DNA of 64,000 nucleotides from a virus (lineage: Duplodnaviria > Caudoviricetes), in the IMG/VR virus record IMGVR_UViG_3300047160_017115, positions 1 through 64,000 of that record; one strand, given 5' to 3'. Below the pieces are notes generated by a model that saw only the letters and a program-made list of their open reading frames with translations, was not told where the DNA came from and ran no database searches. The position numbers were made by a program, and so were the translations under genes. This document shows positions 53,910 through 62,672 of this stretch, in pieces; the stretch's first letter is position 1; the number at the start of each line of letters is the position of its first letter.

Positions 53910-55772
53910 ATGTCCGCTGAAACCAGCTTCAGGGGCCGCTCTAAGCGGAGCCTGAAGGCTCGCAGCCGTTCTGTCTACGACAACGAAGTGCACGGCCGCG
54001 GCGACAGCCGCATCCCCCGAGACGACCTGACGATCAACGAGCGTCTCTGCGCCGTGACCATGATCCGGCCCAACTTCGACAAGGGCCCCCTCTACTTCAG
54101 GCCCTGGCCGGCGCTGTCGTACGAGGACCCGCAGAATACCCTGTCCCCGGGACGGATCGGCCTGGCGCCTCGGGCCCAGAGCCACTGGATCGTGAGGATG
54201 CCGGCGGCCAAGTACGTCGGCCTCAACGACCCCTCGTGCGACCGCAGCACCTTCCTCCTCTATCGCCCCGGCGACAAGGAGGCCAAGAACAACAACCCGT
54301 TCCGTATCCTGTCCTACGGCGCCAAGGACGCCCACGACGCCGGCAAGTTCGGCTCCGGACGGGCCTGGAACTCCGAGTGGAACCGCCTCCTGCAGGGCTC
54401 CAAGGGCAAGGGCGCCGAGCTCGGCCGCCCCACCGCCCTCTGGTTCGTGCAGGGCGCCGTTTACGCCAACGGCGACAAGGACTACCTGGAGAGCCGGTCC
54501 GAGCCTTACGGCTCCGGGCCCAAGGACGACCTGGTCGTCCTCCAGCTCCCGACCTCGGCCGGCGGCGCCCTGATGGACCTGCTGGACATCGAGAAGAAGA
54601 AGACCCCCGCGGGGGCCGAGGAGAACCCGAGCCTGGCCTTCTACTATGGTGACGCTGTGGGTCGGTTCGACCCCGAGAAGTTCACCTGCGGGCCCGGCCT
54701 GGTGATCGTCGTCTTCAACCCCAAGAAGACCAGGATCACCGAGGACTCCTCCTTTGACGGCAAGCTCAAGGACGTGCAGGGCTACGAGGTCGCGATCCAG
54801 CCCGACTACGTCGATTCCAACGACGATATCTACAACCCCGAGCTGAGCGGCCAGGCGCTGCAGACGGTCTTCGACCACTGGCAGTTCTGGGAGGACGACC
54901 CCGACTCCGGGGAGCAGGGTTTGCTCCGCTTCCCCTGCATCGAGGAGCAGTGCCTCCTGATCGCCAAGGGCTTCCGGCCGGTCTCCCAGCTCCTTCACTT
55001 CGCCTGGGCCGACCACCCCGAGTTCTTCACCGACGAGGTCAACTCCGTCATCAGGGCACGGCGTGCGGTCGTGATGCCCGGCGACCCTGAAGAGGCGGAC
55101 GAGGACGACGAGGCCCAGAACGAGGAGGCCTACGAGGCCGGTCGCCGCCAGCCGCGCCGCACCGACGTGGCCGTGAGCGGCGCACGCCGGCGCTTCGGTG
55201 AGGACGACGAGGCCGACGAGGCCCCGTCCCGGTCTCCCGCCGGCGACGGTCGAGTGGAGAAAGTCCTGGCCGCCGCCAGGAAGCTGAACGCTCAGACGCC
55301 CGCCGCCGTGGAGCCCGAGGAAGAGGAGCCGGCCTTCGGGTCCACCCGCGCGAAGGCGCGGAAGCCGGACACCAAGGCCCGGAGGCCGAACCGGTTCAAT
55401 GTCGAAGAGGAGGAAGAGGCTCCCGCGCCCGTGGTGACGCCCGCGGCCGACCAGGCCGAGGAGACCCCCGAGGGTGAGGAGGACGCCGAGTCCGAGCTCT
55501 CCGCCGAGGCCGGAGTCGACGACGAGCCTGGGGACGAGGACGTGACGGAGGACGACGACACCCTGCGGGCCCGGATGACCGGGGCGCGTAAGGTTGAGGG
55601 CGACAAGCCCGTCGTCGTCGCCGTGACCGAGACCGCCCCTGACGGCTCCACGGGGGACTCCGAGGCGAATATGCGCGCGGCCCTGAAGGCCGCCCGCGAC
55701 AACAGCGCTACCCGTCGTAATTCCCGCCGGCAGCCGCCCCCGCCGCCGGACCAGACGGACGGGGAGGACTAA
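53910..55772 (+). CDS. hypothetical protein with long acidic tail (possible SSB or recombination mediator)
   Basis: aromatic-rich N-terminal domain, D/E-rich disordered C-terminus; lies between pol and RecA-like genes. Confidence 0.55.
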   Translation: MSAETSFRGRSKRSLKARSRSVYDNEVHGRGDSRIPRDDLTINERLCAVTMIRPNFDKGPLYFRPWPALSYEDPQNTLSPGRIGLAPRAQSHWIVRMPAAKYVGLNDPSCDRSTFLLYRPGDKEAKNNNPFRILSYGAKDAHDAGKFGSGRAWNSEWNRLLQGSKGKGAELGRPTALWFVQGAVYANGDKDYLESRSEPYGSGPKDDLVVLQLPTSAGGALMDLLDIEKKKTPAGAEENPSLAFYYGDAVGRFDPEKFTCGPGLVIVVFNPKKTRITEDSSFDGKLKDVQGYEVAIQPDYVDSNDDIYNPELSGQALQTVFDHWQFWEDDPDSGEQGLLRFPCIEEQCLLIAKGFRPVSQLLHFAWADHPEFFTDEVNSVIRARRAVVMPGDPEEADEDDEAQNEEAYEAGRRQPRRTDVAVSGARRRFGEDDEADEAPSRSPAGDGRVEKVLAAARKLNAQTPAAVEPEEEEPAFGSTRAKARKPDTKARRPNRFNVEEEEEAPAPVVTPAADQAEETPEGEEDAESELSAEAGVDDEPGDEDVTEDDDTLRARMTGARKVEGDKPVVVAVTETAPDGSTGDSEANMRAALKAARDNSATRRNSRRQPPPPPDQTDGED

Positions 55773-55784
55773 CGTAGGGCCCAC

Positions 55785-55812
55785 CCCGGCGCCGACCGCT
55801 GTCGGCGCCGGG
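55785..55812 (+). terminator. perfect 12-bp GC hairpin after stop codon
   Basis: CCCGGCGCCGAC-cgct-GTCGGCGCCGGG. Confidence 0.45.
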
Positions 55813-55831
55813 TGCGGTCCTGCGCGCGCAC

Positions 55832-57292
55832 ATGCCACGTCAAATCAAGCCACGACGGCCCCCCGAGGAGCGCGACAACTCCGCCCAGCCGGGGGAAGAT
55901 GATGATGTGCTCTCTCCTCTGGTCATCAAGCCTGTCGAGGAGACCGAACCGTCGTCCTCCTCGGCGCTGCGGGCATCGATCCCGTGCGCCCCGAAGGACC
56001 GCCCACGACTCGCGCTCCCGTCTGACCTCAAGCTCGACAAGAAGTCCAAGGCCAAGGCCCTCGAGCTCTGGGGCGGCGCGCAGGGCAGGCGACGCCTCGA
56101 CACCTTTATGCAGAAGTCCGCCGAGGAGGCACGGAAGAAGTACGGACACAACGCCGTGCTCATCGGGGACGACGTCAAAAACCTCGTCTGCGGTATCCCG
56201 TGTCCGGCGCTCTCTTTCCAGTATCTCAGCGGACAGGACATCTTCCCGCTGGGCATGATCATCCAGCTCCTGGGGAAGTGGGGGAGCCTGAAATCGGCCC
56301 TCCTCTACGAGTTCTTTCGTTGGTTCGAGCTCGCCGGCGGTGGCGGTTTCCTCAAGGAGAATGAGACCAAGTTTTCCGCCGACCTGTGTGCGTCGCTCAT
56401 GGGCCACGATTCCTTTGCCGAGTGCCCAATCCAGGTCGCCAGGTGCGACTCGGTCGAGGGTTGGCAGGAGTCGACGACCACGACGATCGACCAGCTCAAG
56501 AAGTACATGAAGGGGACCAAGGAGGAACCGGGCCCCGGGCGCACCCAACCGTTCCTGATCGGGATCGATTCGATCATGGGCAAGGTCACCAGGGAGACCC
56601 TGGGCAAGGTGCAGGAGGCGGGTTCCCTCGGGCGTAACCACCCGGTCGAGGCCCTGATGATCAATAACTACATGAAGTCCTTGCCGCAGATGATCGACAA
56701 CTGGCCTGTAGGTGTTGTGCTGGTCAACCATCTCAAGCCACGCAAGGACGAAAAGGGGCATGACGTCCGCGGCAAGTCTGGCGGCATGTCCGTCGACTTC
56801 CAGGAGAGTTTCGAGTACGAGACGCGTAAGGTCCGCGACCTGCAAAGTTCCCAGTGGGACGGCGTCGAGATCGCGATCAAGTGCATCAAAAGCTCTTACG
56901 GCAATACCGGCCGGCTGATCCACACCCGGATGCTCTGGTGGGAGGAAGACGACCCGGTGACCGCCGAGCCGATGCAGCGGACCTTCTTCGACTGGGGCTG
57001 GTCGACCGTTCACATGCTGACGACGTTACAGGGCCGGCTCAAGGAGCGGCTCGACAACAGTGGGTTCCATCTCAAAGCGGAGCACGTCTCGCCGGTGCAG
57101 GCCGACTGCTGGAGCAAAACTCTGGGAATCCCGAAAGGATCCCCCTTGAGTTGGACAGAGACTGGTGATCTCATTCATGCGGATCCTGATCTGATGCTCA
57201 AGTTGCGGCGTGCCCTGGCAATCAAGCAACGGCCTCTGCTGGCAGGGGACTACCTGCGCCAACTGGAGGCCAAGGCGGGAGACCTCCCCTGA
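55832..57292 (+). CDS. RecA/UvsX-like recombinase
   Basis: variant P-loop GKWGSLKS, FLKENE, Walker B IGIDSI, VNHL, KSGG, IKSSY. Confidence 0.78.
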   Translation: MPRQIKPRRPPEERDNSAQPGEDDDVLSPLVIKPVEETEPSSSSALRASIPCAPKDRPRLALPSDLKLDKKSKAKALELWGGAQGRRRLDTFMQKSAEEARKKYGHNAVLIGDDVKNLVCGIPCPALSFQYLSGQDIFPLGMIIQLLGKWGSLKSALLYEFFRWFELAGGGGFLKENETKFSADLCASLMGHDSFAECPIQVARCDSVEGWQESTTTTIDQLKKYMKGTKEEPGPGRTQPFLIGIDSIMGKVTRETLGKVQEAGSLGRNHPVEALMINNYMKSLPQMIDNWPVGVVLVNHLKPRKDEKGHDVRGKSGGMSVDFQESFEYETRKVRDLQSSQWDGVEIAIKCIKSSYGNTGRLIHTRMLWWEEDDPVTAEPMQRTFFDWGWSTVHMLTTLQGRLKERLDNSGFHLKAEHVSPVQADCWSKTLGIPKGSPLSWTETGDLIHADPDLMLKLRRALAIKQRPLLAGDYLRQLEAKAGDLP

Positions 57293-57870
57293 TGGATTTC
57301 TTCGCGCGGATGGGGTCTGGTGGTCGCGACCGCATGGAGGAGGCCGCGAACCTCAGGTACGAGACTCTCAAGGTCAAGTTCGTCATGTCCCGTTCGGGCC
57401 TGGGTCCCCAGGAGGTCCGGCGTCTCAGCCGGCTCCATGAGGACCGGTACGGCGTCCCGGGGCTGTCGTTCGGGATCTTCCGTGAGGAGTACCCGACCTA
57501 CCCGGTGCTGTTGCAGTGCTCGCGCCTCGAAGGCCTGCGACTCCACACCGACCCCAAGTCGATCCTCCCCGTCTGGTTCAAGAACTTCGAGAGCCTCCCC
57601 TTCGTGCCCCCCTTCGTCGCGTTCCACGATTCCATCGTGGCCGTCGAGAAACTGGGGGGTCGTGGGGTCGGGCTCGTCTTCCCCCGCAAGGGGTTCCAGC
57701 AAGGCCTCGTCGTCCATACCGCCGTAGCCAACGGCTCCGGTTGGGAACAGGGCCCGTGTTTCTGTTTCAGGGGCGGTCGCAAGGGCGCGCGGCTCGACCT
57801 CTTCGTCAGGCCGTTCGTGGCGCTCGTTGACGAGATCTATAACAACGGCCACGGGTGGTCGCCCGACTAG
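57292..57870 (+). CDS. hypothetical protein (possible resolvase-like)
   Basis: 192 aa, coupled to RecA-like gene; no firm motif. Confidence 0.6.
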   Translation: MDFFARMGSGGRDRMEEAANLRYETLKVKFVMSRSGLGPQEVRRLSRLHEDRYGVPGLSFGIFREEYPTYPVLLQCSRLEGLRLHTDPKSILPVWFKNFESLPFVPPFVAFHDSIVAVEKLGGRGVGLVFPRKGFQQGLVVHTAVANGSGWEQGPCFCFRGGRKGARLDLFVRPFVALVDEIYNNGHGWSPD

Positions 57871-57877
57871 CGACCTA

Positions 57878-57890
57878 CAAAACCGTTTTC
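57878..57890 (-). promoter_or_regulatory. 13-bp motif RAAAACGGTTTYG
   Basis: reverse complement GAAAACGGTTTTG, intergenic. Confidence 0.6.
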
Positions 57891-57986
57891 TAAACCGTGG
57901 CGTCGATAGGCCGGGGTGGTGTAGTGTCCCCGGCCGTTCCCCCTACACCCGGAATCGACCCCCATTCCGCAGGAGAGTTTTGTCTC

Positions 57987-59003
57987 ATGACAGTCCCAGC
58001 AAAGGCCTCGGCGCCTGAGACCGCGGCGAAGAAGAAGCATGAAGCGCTCCTGGAGGCGATGAAGCCGGCGACCAGGGAGGTCGCTAAGGCGCTGAAGAAC
58101 AGGGCCACCCAGACCCGCAAGGCGGGCGTCCTCTACGCGCACGACGTGGGGACCCAGCTCAACACGGTGGCCGTGAAGGAGACCGTCTACGGCTCCAAGG
58201 CCGTGGAGCAGCTGGTCGGTTACCTGGACCTCAACGAGACCCAGGGTTTCGTCGAGATGTCCCGCAGCCTTGCCACCGCGTTCGATCGCGATACCCTCTC
58301 GGCCGAGCTCGACTCGCCGATGGACAACGGCAAGTCCCTCGAGCTCTACCACTTCGTCTACCTCGGGCGGCTGAACAGCCCGGCCGAGCGGCGCAAGTTC
58401 CTCAAGCGCGTGCGGACCGAGAACCTGTCCGTCAAGCAGCTCCTGGAGCTGATCCGGGGCGAGGCGACCACCCAGACCAAGCGGACCGGGACGGGTCGAC
58501 ACACGACGGTCCCCGAGAGCCCGATGGCCGCGCTCCAGAAGGTCCATTCACTCGGCATCCAGTTCGGGAACTACGTCAGCGAGTTCTCCACCAAGGCGTT
58601 CCCGAAGCTGTCCGACCTCCCCGAAGACCGGGTCGACGAGCGCTACTTGGCGGCGCTACGGAAGACCCAGGAGACTTTGAAGGCCGGTCTCGATACCGGG
58701 CGCGTGACCCTCGACCAGGTCGAGACACTGCTGCACCAGGCCGAGGACACCCTCAAGCACAAGGCCGAGCCCGCCGCCGAGGAGGAGTCCGCGCCCATCG
58801 TCGAGGAGGAGGAGGACCTGACGGCCCCGCTGGTCGTCGCCTCTGACGCGGACGAGGAGGAAGAGCCGGACGAGGACGACGAGGACGAAGAGGAAGAAGA
58901 GGCTCCTGACGAGCCGGACGACGAGGAGGACGAGCCCACGTTCCGGCGTGCGCGCACCTCGACGGTCGCGAAGCGGCCGCCGGCCAAGAGCGCCAGGGCG
59001 TGA
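57987..59003 (+). CDS. hypothetical protein with acidic C-terminus
   Basis: ATG 57987 after AGGAG; helical N-terminus, poly-E/D tail. Confidence 0.75.
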   Translation: MTVPAKASAPETAAKKKHEALLEAMKPATREVAKALKNRATQTRKAGVLYAHDVGTQLNTVAVKETVYGSKAVEQLVGYLDLNETQGFVEMSRSLATAFDRDTLSAELDSPMDNGKSLELYHFVYLGRLNSPAERRKFLKRVRTENLSVKQLLELIRGEATTQTKRTGTGRHTTVPESPMAALQKVHSLGIQFGNYVSEFSTKAFPKLSDLPEDRVDERYLAALRKTQETLKAGLDTGRVTLDQVETLLHQAEDTLKHKAEPAAEEESAPIVEEEEDLTAPLVVASDADEEEEPDEDDEDEEEEEAPDEPDDEEDEPTFRRARTSTVAKRPPAKSARA

Positions 59004-59770
59004 AGTTCTCGGTCTGTGTGCTCTGTTGGGGCGACCACGATGACCTGGCCAGGCGCTGCCTGAGCTCTCTCGTGCCGCGGTTGACCCCGGAGCACGTCGC
59101 CGACCTGCGAGTCGCCCTCAGTCAGCCGAGCCTCGCCACCCGGGGCTGCGTCCGCCAGTACGCGGCGCAGTCCCAGGTGCCCGTCCTCACCGTCCTCACG
59201 GCGGACAATCCCGGCAAGTACCCGCTCATGCGTGAGCTGTTGTACTCGCCCCGGTTGCCGCCGCCGGCCGAGGGGGTCATGTGGTTCGATGACGACTCGT
59301 ACCTGCTGGACGCCCCGGTATCTTCCTGGTGGGAACGCCGCCTGTCCCAGGTGGAGACCGCCGACGCCGGCGTCGTGGGCCAGCGCTGGTACCGGCCCCT
59401 GGTGGGTGGTCAGAAGGCCGCCATAGTGGAGCAGCCGTGGTACACGGGCCGGGCGCTGGACGGCGAGGTCGCCTCACTCAAGAGGCCCGGCCAGCGCTTC
59501 TACGCCTTTGCCACGGGGGGCTGGTGGGCGGCCCGGAGAGACTTCCTCGCTCAGTGGGACTACCCGTTCCCCGCCTTGCGCCACAACGGCGGGGACACGG
59601 CCCTTGGCTGGCTCGTCCACCAGCAGTACCGCCGGCTGGTGGACGACCCGTGGGGCGTGGCGATCAACCAGGCCGCGCGTCGTGGGCTCAACACGCGCCC
59701 CCTGTGGGAGATATCAGAGCCTGTGGTCCCGCCGTCCCCTATCGTGTGGAGACCGCTTGATGGAGATTAG
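59000..59770 (+). CDS. glycosyltransferase family 2-like protein
   Basis: FSVCVLCW, NPGK, WFDDD (DxD) and FATGGWW...HNGGD motifs. Confidence 0.8.
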   Translation: MKFSVCVLCWGDHDDLARRCLSSLVPRLTPEHVADLRVALSQPSLATRGCVRQYAAQSQVPVLTVLTADNPGKYPLMRELLYSPRLPPPAEGVMWFDDDSYLLDAPVSSWWERRLSQVETADAGVVGQRWYRPLVGGQKAAIVEQPWYTGRALDGEVASLKRPGQRFYAFATGGWWAARRDFLAQWDYPFPALRHNGGDTALGWLVHQQYRRLVDDPWGVAINQAARRGLNTRPLWEISEPVVPPSPIVWRPLDGD

Positions 59771-60176
59771 GGTCTTCTGGTTCGGGGTGAACGCGTCCCT
59801 GGCCGCGGGTAAGCCTCCGGTGTTCGCTTACGAGCGCCCGCTTGCCCGGGGCAGGGACGATGGGACTGTCTTCTCGCACGCCCAGGTCGCCCGTGTCGGC
59901 AAGTACCTGACGCCCAAGGCCCCCTTGACCTCTCAAGATCCTGAGTGGACGGTGACGGCCGACGGGCAGTTCGTCATGATCCCGGTCAGTGCCTACAGGA
60001 CTCATGTCCGTTCCCAGGCCGCGGTCTTCGGGCTCGGCCTGGAGCTCGGTTTGAGGGCCGCGACCCGGACGCTCGCTGGGCGTGTCACGGGCGTGGTCCT
60101 CGTTCTCGGTGACGATGTAACTGAACTGGAGGACGGCGTACGTTGCTACGTCGGCCTCGCGCTGCAAGTGGAGTGA
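59760..60176 (+). CDS. hypothetical protein
   Basis: ATG 59760, coupled to GT2 gene. Confidence 0.6.
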   Translation: MEIRVFWFGVNASLAAGKPPVFAYERPLARGRDDGTVFSHAQVARVGKYLTPKAPLTSQDPEWTVTADGQFVMIPVSAYRTHVRSQAAVFGLGLELGLRAATRTLAGRVTGVVLVLGDDVTELEDGVRCYVGLALQVE

Positions 60177-60185
60177 ACGACTCAG

Positions 60186-60575
60186 ATGTCCGATGCTTTG
60201 AAGGCTCTGCCCGAGCACATCAACCAGTTGCGTATCCGTACCGCCGCGGTCGAGAAGGCGGGGGCCGGCTACCTGAAGTTCAACGGGCTCTACGCCCAGA
60301 CGTGCGGCCAGCCGTACGAGGGTCGGCGCCAGGGCCTGCCCCTCCTGGCCTGTCCGGTCTCCCTGGACGGGGTGAACATGCTCGAGACGCCCCTGTCGAT
60401 CGACCTCGCGAAGGTCGACCCCAAGTACCTCCCGACCGTCACGGGGGCCATCGCCGTCTCGTTGGAGGCCCAACTCCTGGAGCAGGCGCAAGCCCTGCAC
60501 ACCCACGCCGCGGCCATCCTGGAGGCGGTGCAACAGCTCGGGGTCTCCGAGGAACAGCCGAAGCAGGCATCATGA
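60186..60575 (+). CDS. hypothetical protein
   Basis: 129 aa, good codon bias. Confidence 0.7.
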   Translation: MSDALKALPEHINQLRIRTAAVEKAGAGYLKFNGLYAQTCGQPYEGRRQGLPLLACPVSLDGVNMLETPLSIDLAKVDPKYLPTVTGAIAVSLEAQLLEQAQALHTHAAAILEAVQQLGVSEEQPKQAS

Positions 60576-61135
60576 GCTCTGACGACCCGCTCCTGGCGAG
60601 CGACCCTGCCGACGGTTACCGGGTTGTGCCACAGGAGCTCGGCGCGGCCGTGGCGTGGCTGGAAATCCAGTTGCTCTCGGGGGGTGAGACTGTACCTGGT
60701 TTTCAGGAGGGCGCGCTCTCCGTCGAGCTCACCTCCTGGTCAAACCCCGACGCCCCGCAGTTCGGCGAGCGGTCGCGTCTGCAGTTCGTCCTCGAGGCCG
60801 TCTGTCGGTACCTGAACACGGGCGGGGACTGGGAAGACCTGAAACGGGTCCTCATGGTCATGATGGCCGTGGCCCCGGGCGGGCGCCATCTGGGGGGTTA
60901 CTACTACCTGGGCGGCGAGCTCAACTCCGAGGGGGTATTCGAGCACCTCTTCGCCAAGGGCGACGGCTCCGGTGCCGCCGTGCGCTGGGTGGAGAACCAG
61001 TTCGTCGAGCCCGTGGACCTCTCCAAGCTAGACTTCGAACTGGATGACGAGGGTGAAGAAGAGGCAGAAGGATACGAGGGGAGCGGGCCCCCCGAAGGTT
61101 GGACACAACTTGAAGGAGGTCTTCCGCCGCCGTGA
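60572..61135 (+). CDS. hypothetical protein
   Basis: ATGA-coupled start MSSDDP; acidic tail. Confidence 0.65.
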   Translation: MSSDDPLLASDPADGYRVVPQELGAAVAWLEIQLLSGGETVPGFQEGALSVELTSWSNPDAPQFGERSRLQFVLEAVCRYLNTGGDWEDLKRVLMVMMAVAPGGRHLGGYYYLGGELNSEGVFEHLFAKGDGSGAAVRWVENQFVEPVDLSKLDFELDDEGEEEAEGYEGSGPPEGWTQLEGGLPPP

Positions 61136-61973
61136 CCAGCTCGGTGCGGTCCTGTCCTTCGAGTTCCATGACAAGTTCCTCGACCGCTCGGAGTTCGACC
61201 GGCTGATCGGACAGTGCCTCCGGGGCCTGCCCGGGGGCATCCTCCCGGAAGTGGTCGAGGACTCGGTCCCCGAGCTCTTCGGTGTGCGGGGGGACCACAA
61301 GAAGTTAGTGACGGCGGCGTGGCGGCTGGCCGGCAACCTCTCCAGGTTGCAGGCTGGCCTGTCCGCCCCGCCGTGGTCGGCCCAGCGTGGCACGGAGTGG
61401 GCGCCTCTGTCAGTGATCGGGGCGTCCCCGGCGCGCCGGCGCGACGCCCTGGGCTGGGAGGTCGAGTTCCGCGTCCTCGCGGGTACGGCCTGCCCCCTGA
61501 CGACGCGTCGGTGGTGGTCCCCGAAGACGTGCCGCGCCCTCTCCCGCCACTTCGGGTTCTCGCGGCCGCTGCCCCAGAACTCGAGACGGTCGCTCCTGCA
61601 CCCGTTCGTGAACGCCGACCAGTTCGTGACCCTGCGCCTGCTCGCGCTCCTGGAGCCCGAGCTGAGCGAACACGGTCCCGGTTTCCTGACGGTGGAGTTT
61701 CCGTCCGCCATACAGGCCTGGAACCGTACACAGCACCTCTACCGTGGCCGCCGCGACGCGGCGCACGCCTGCCCGTTCGGCTACGAACGGGACTGGCCGT
61801 GCCACCGCTGCCACGTCGGCTACCGGGAGTGCCGCGCCGGTACGCACCGTGAGACGTACGTCCCGAGGCCGTGCGCGGCTTGCAAGCGTGAGGACGCCCT
61901 GTTCGACCCGGCACGGCGCCGGGGCGACTGCGTCAACTGTGAGCGGACCCGTGTGTTGCACGGGCCGGTGTGA
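61044..61973 (+). CDS. hypothetical protein with C-terminal Cys-rich zinc-binding region
   Basis: CP..CHRC..C..C..H..CAAC..CVNC cluster. Confidence 0.7.
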   Translation: MTRVKKRQKDTRGAGPPKVGHNLKEVFRRRDQLGAVLSFEFHDKFLDRSEFDRLIGQCLRGLPGGILPEVVEDSVPELFGVRGDHKKLVTAAWRLAGNLSRLQAGLSAPPWSAQRGTEWAPLSVIGASPARRRDALGWEVEFRVLAGTACPLTTRRWWSPKTCRALSRHFGFSRPLPQNSRRSLLHPFVNADQFVTLRLLALLEPELSEHGPGFLTVEFPSAIQAWNRTQHLYRGRRDAAHACPFGYERDWPCHRCHVGYRECRAGTHRETYVPRPCAACKREDALFDPARRRGDCVNCERTRVLHGPV

Positions 61974-61999
61974 CGCCCCTTTGAGAGGAGACCTCCGAG

Positions 62000-62518
62000 A
62001 TGTCGAACGACGAGAAACCGAACCCCGCGACGGTTACCGTGCAGATCCCTCCCCCCGAGCAGGGGGCGTTCTACGACAAGCTCATAACCAAGGGCCGTAC
62101 GGCCGCCGACCTCCTCGACCTTCAGGTCACCATGATCGCGCCCCTGAAACCGGAGACCGGTGACGGGGAGCTCGACAAGGTCACCGGCGCGGTCGTGAAC
62201 TCGTTCGCGGAGAGCCTGAAGACCTCGGCCAGTACCTTACGTGACCTTTGCCGCCACGTCCGACACCTGCACGCCCTGCGCGTCGCCTCGGCCCGGAAGC
62301 ACAACAACGCCGTGCGTACCGCCAAGTCGTACATGAAGCAGGTCGCGTACTACAACTACGGCGTTTACATGGAGCTGATCGAGGAGCGCGACGCGACGGA
62401 GGCCGAGCTCCGGGCTCAAATCGCCGAGCTCCAGGCCCAGCTCGCGGCCCCGCCCGTGTACTCCGATCCTGAGACGCCGGCCCCTACCGACCGGCCCGTC
62501 CTGAGCACCGCGGTCTGA
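62000..62518 (+). CDS. hypothetical coiled-coil protein
   Basis: GAGGAG RBS; heptad-like C-terminus. Confidence 0.7.
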   Translation: MSNDEKPNPATVTVQIPPPEQGAFYDKLITKGRTAADLLDLQVTMIAPLKPETGDGELDKVTGAVVNSFAESLKTSASTLRDLCRHVRHLHALRVASARKHNNAVRTAKSYMKQVAYYNYGVYMELIEERDATEAELRAQIAELQAQLAAPPVYSDPETPAPTDRPVLSTAV

Positions 62519-62531
62519 GCCCGCCACCTGC

Positions 62532-62563
62532 GGCCCCGGCGGCGCGAGTCAGCCGCCGGGGCC
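62532..62563 (+). terminator. perfect 12-bp GC hairpin after stop codon
   Basis: GGCCCCGGCGGC / GCCGCCGGGGCC. Confidence 0.45.
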
Positions 62564-62581
62564 ACACTCCCGTGGTGATAG

Positions 62582-62662
62582 TCATGCCCTCCCGGGGGCT
62601 TCGTATCCGGAGACTCCGGCTGCTCTTTCTTACGCCCTCCCGGGGGCTTCGTATCCGGAGAT
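62582..62662 (+). repeat. pair of 33-bp hairpin repeats (copies 11-12) with 15-nt spacer
   Basis: 62582-62614 and 62630-62662, both ...CCCTCCCGGGGGCTTCGTATCCGGAGA; second runs into GAGG RBS of thyX. Confidence 0.92.
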
Positions 62663-62672
62663 GAGGTAATTG

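Noticed and set aside
55080-55560. GAG/GAC-rich quasi-repeats here and at about 58790-58940
   Set aside because: Low-complexity acidic protein tails, not DNA repeats
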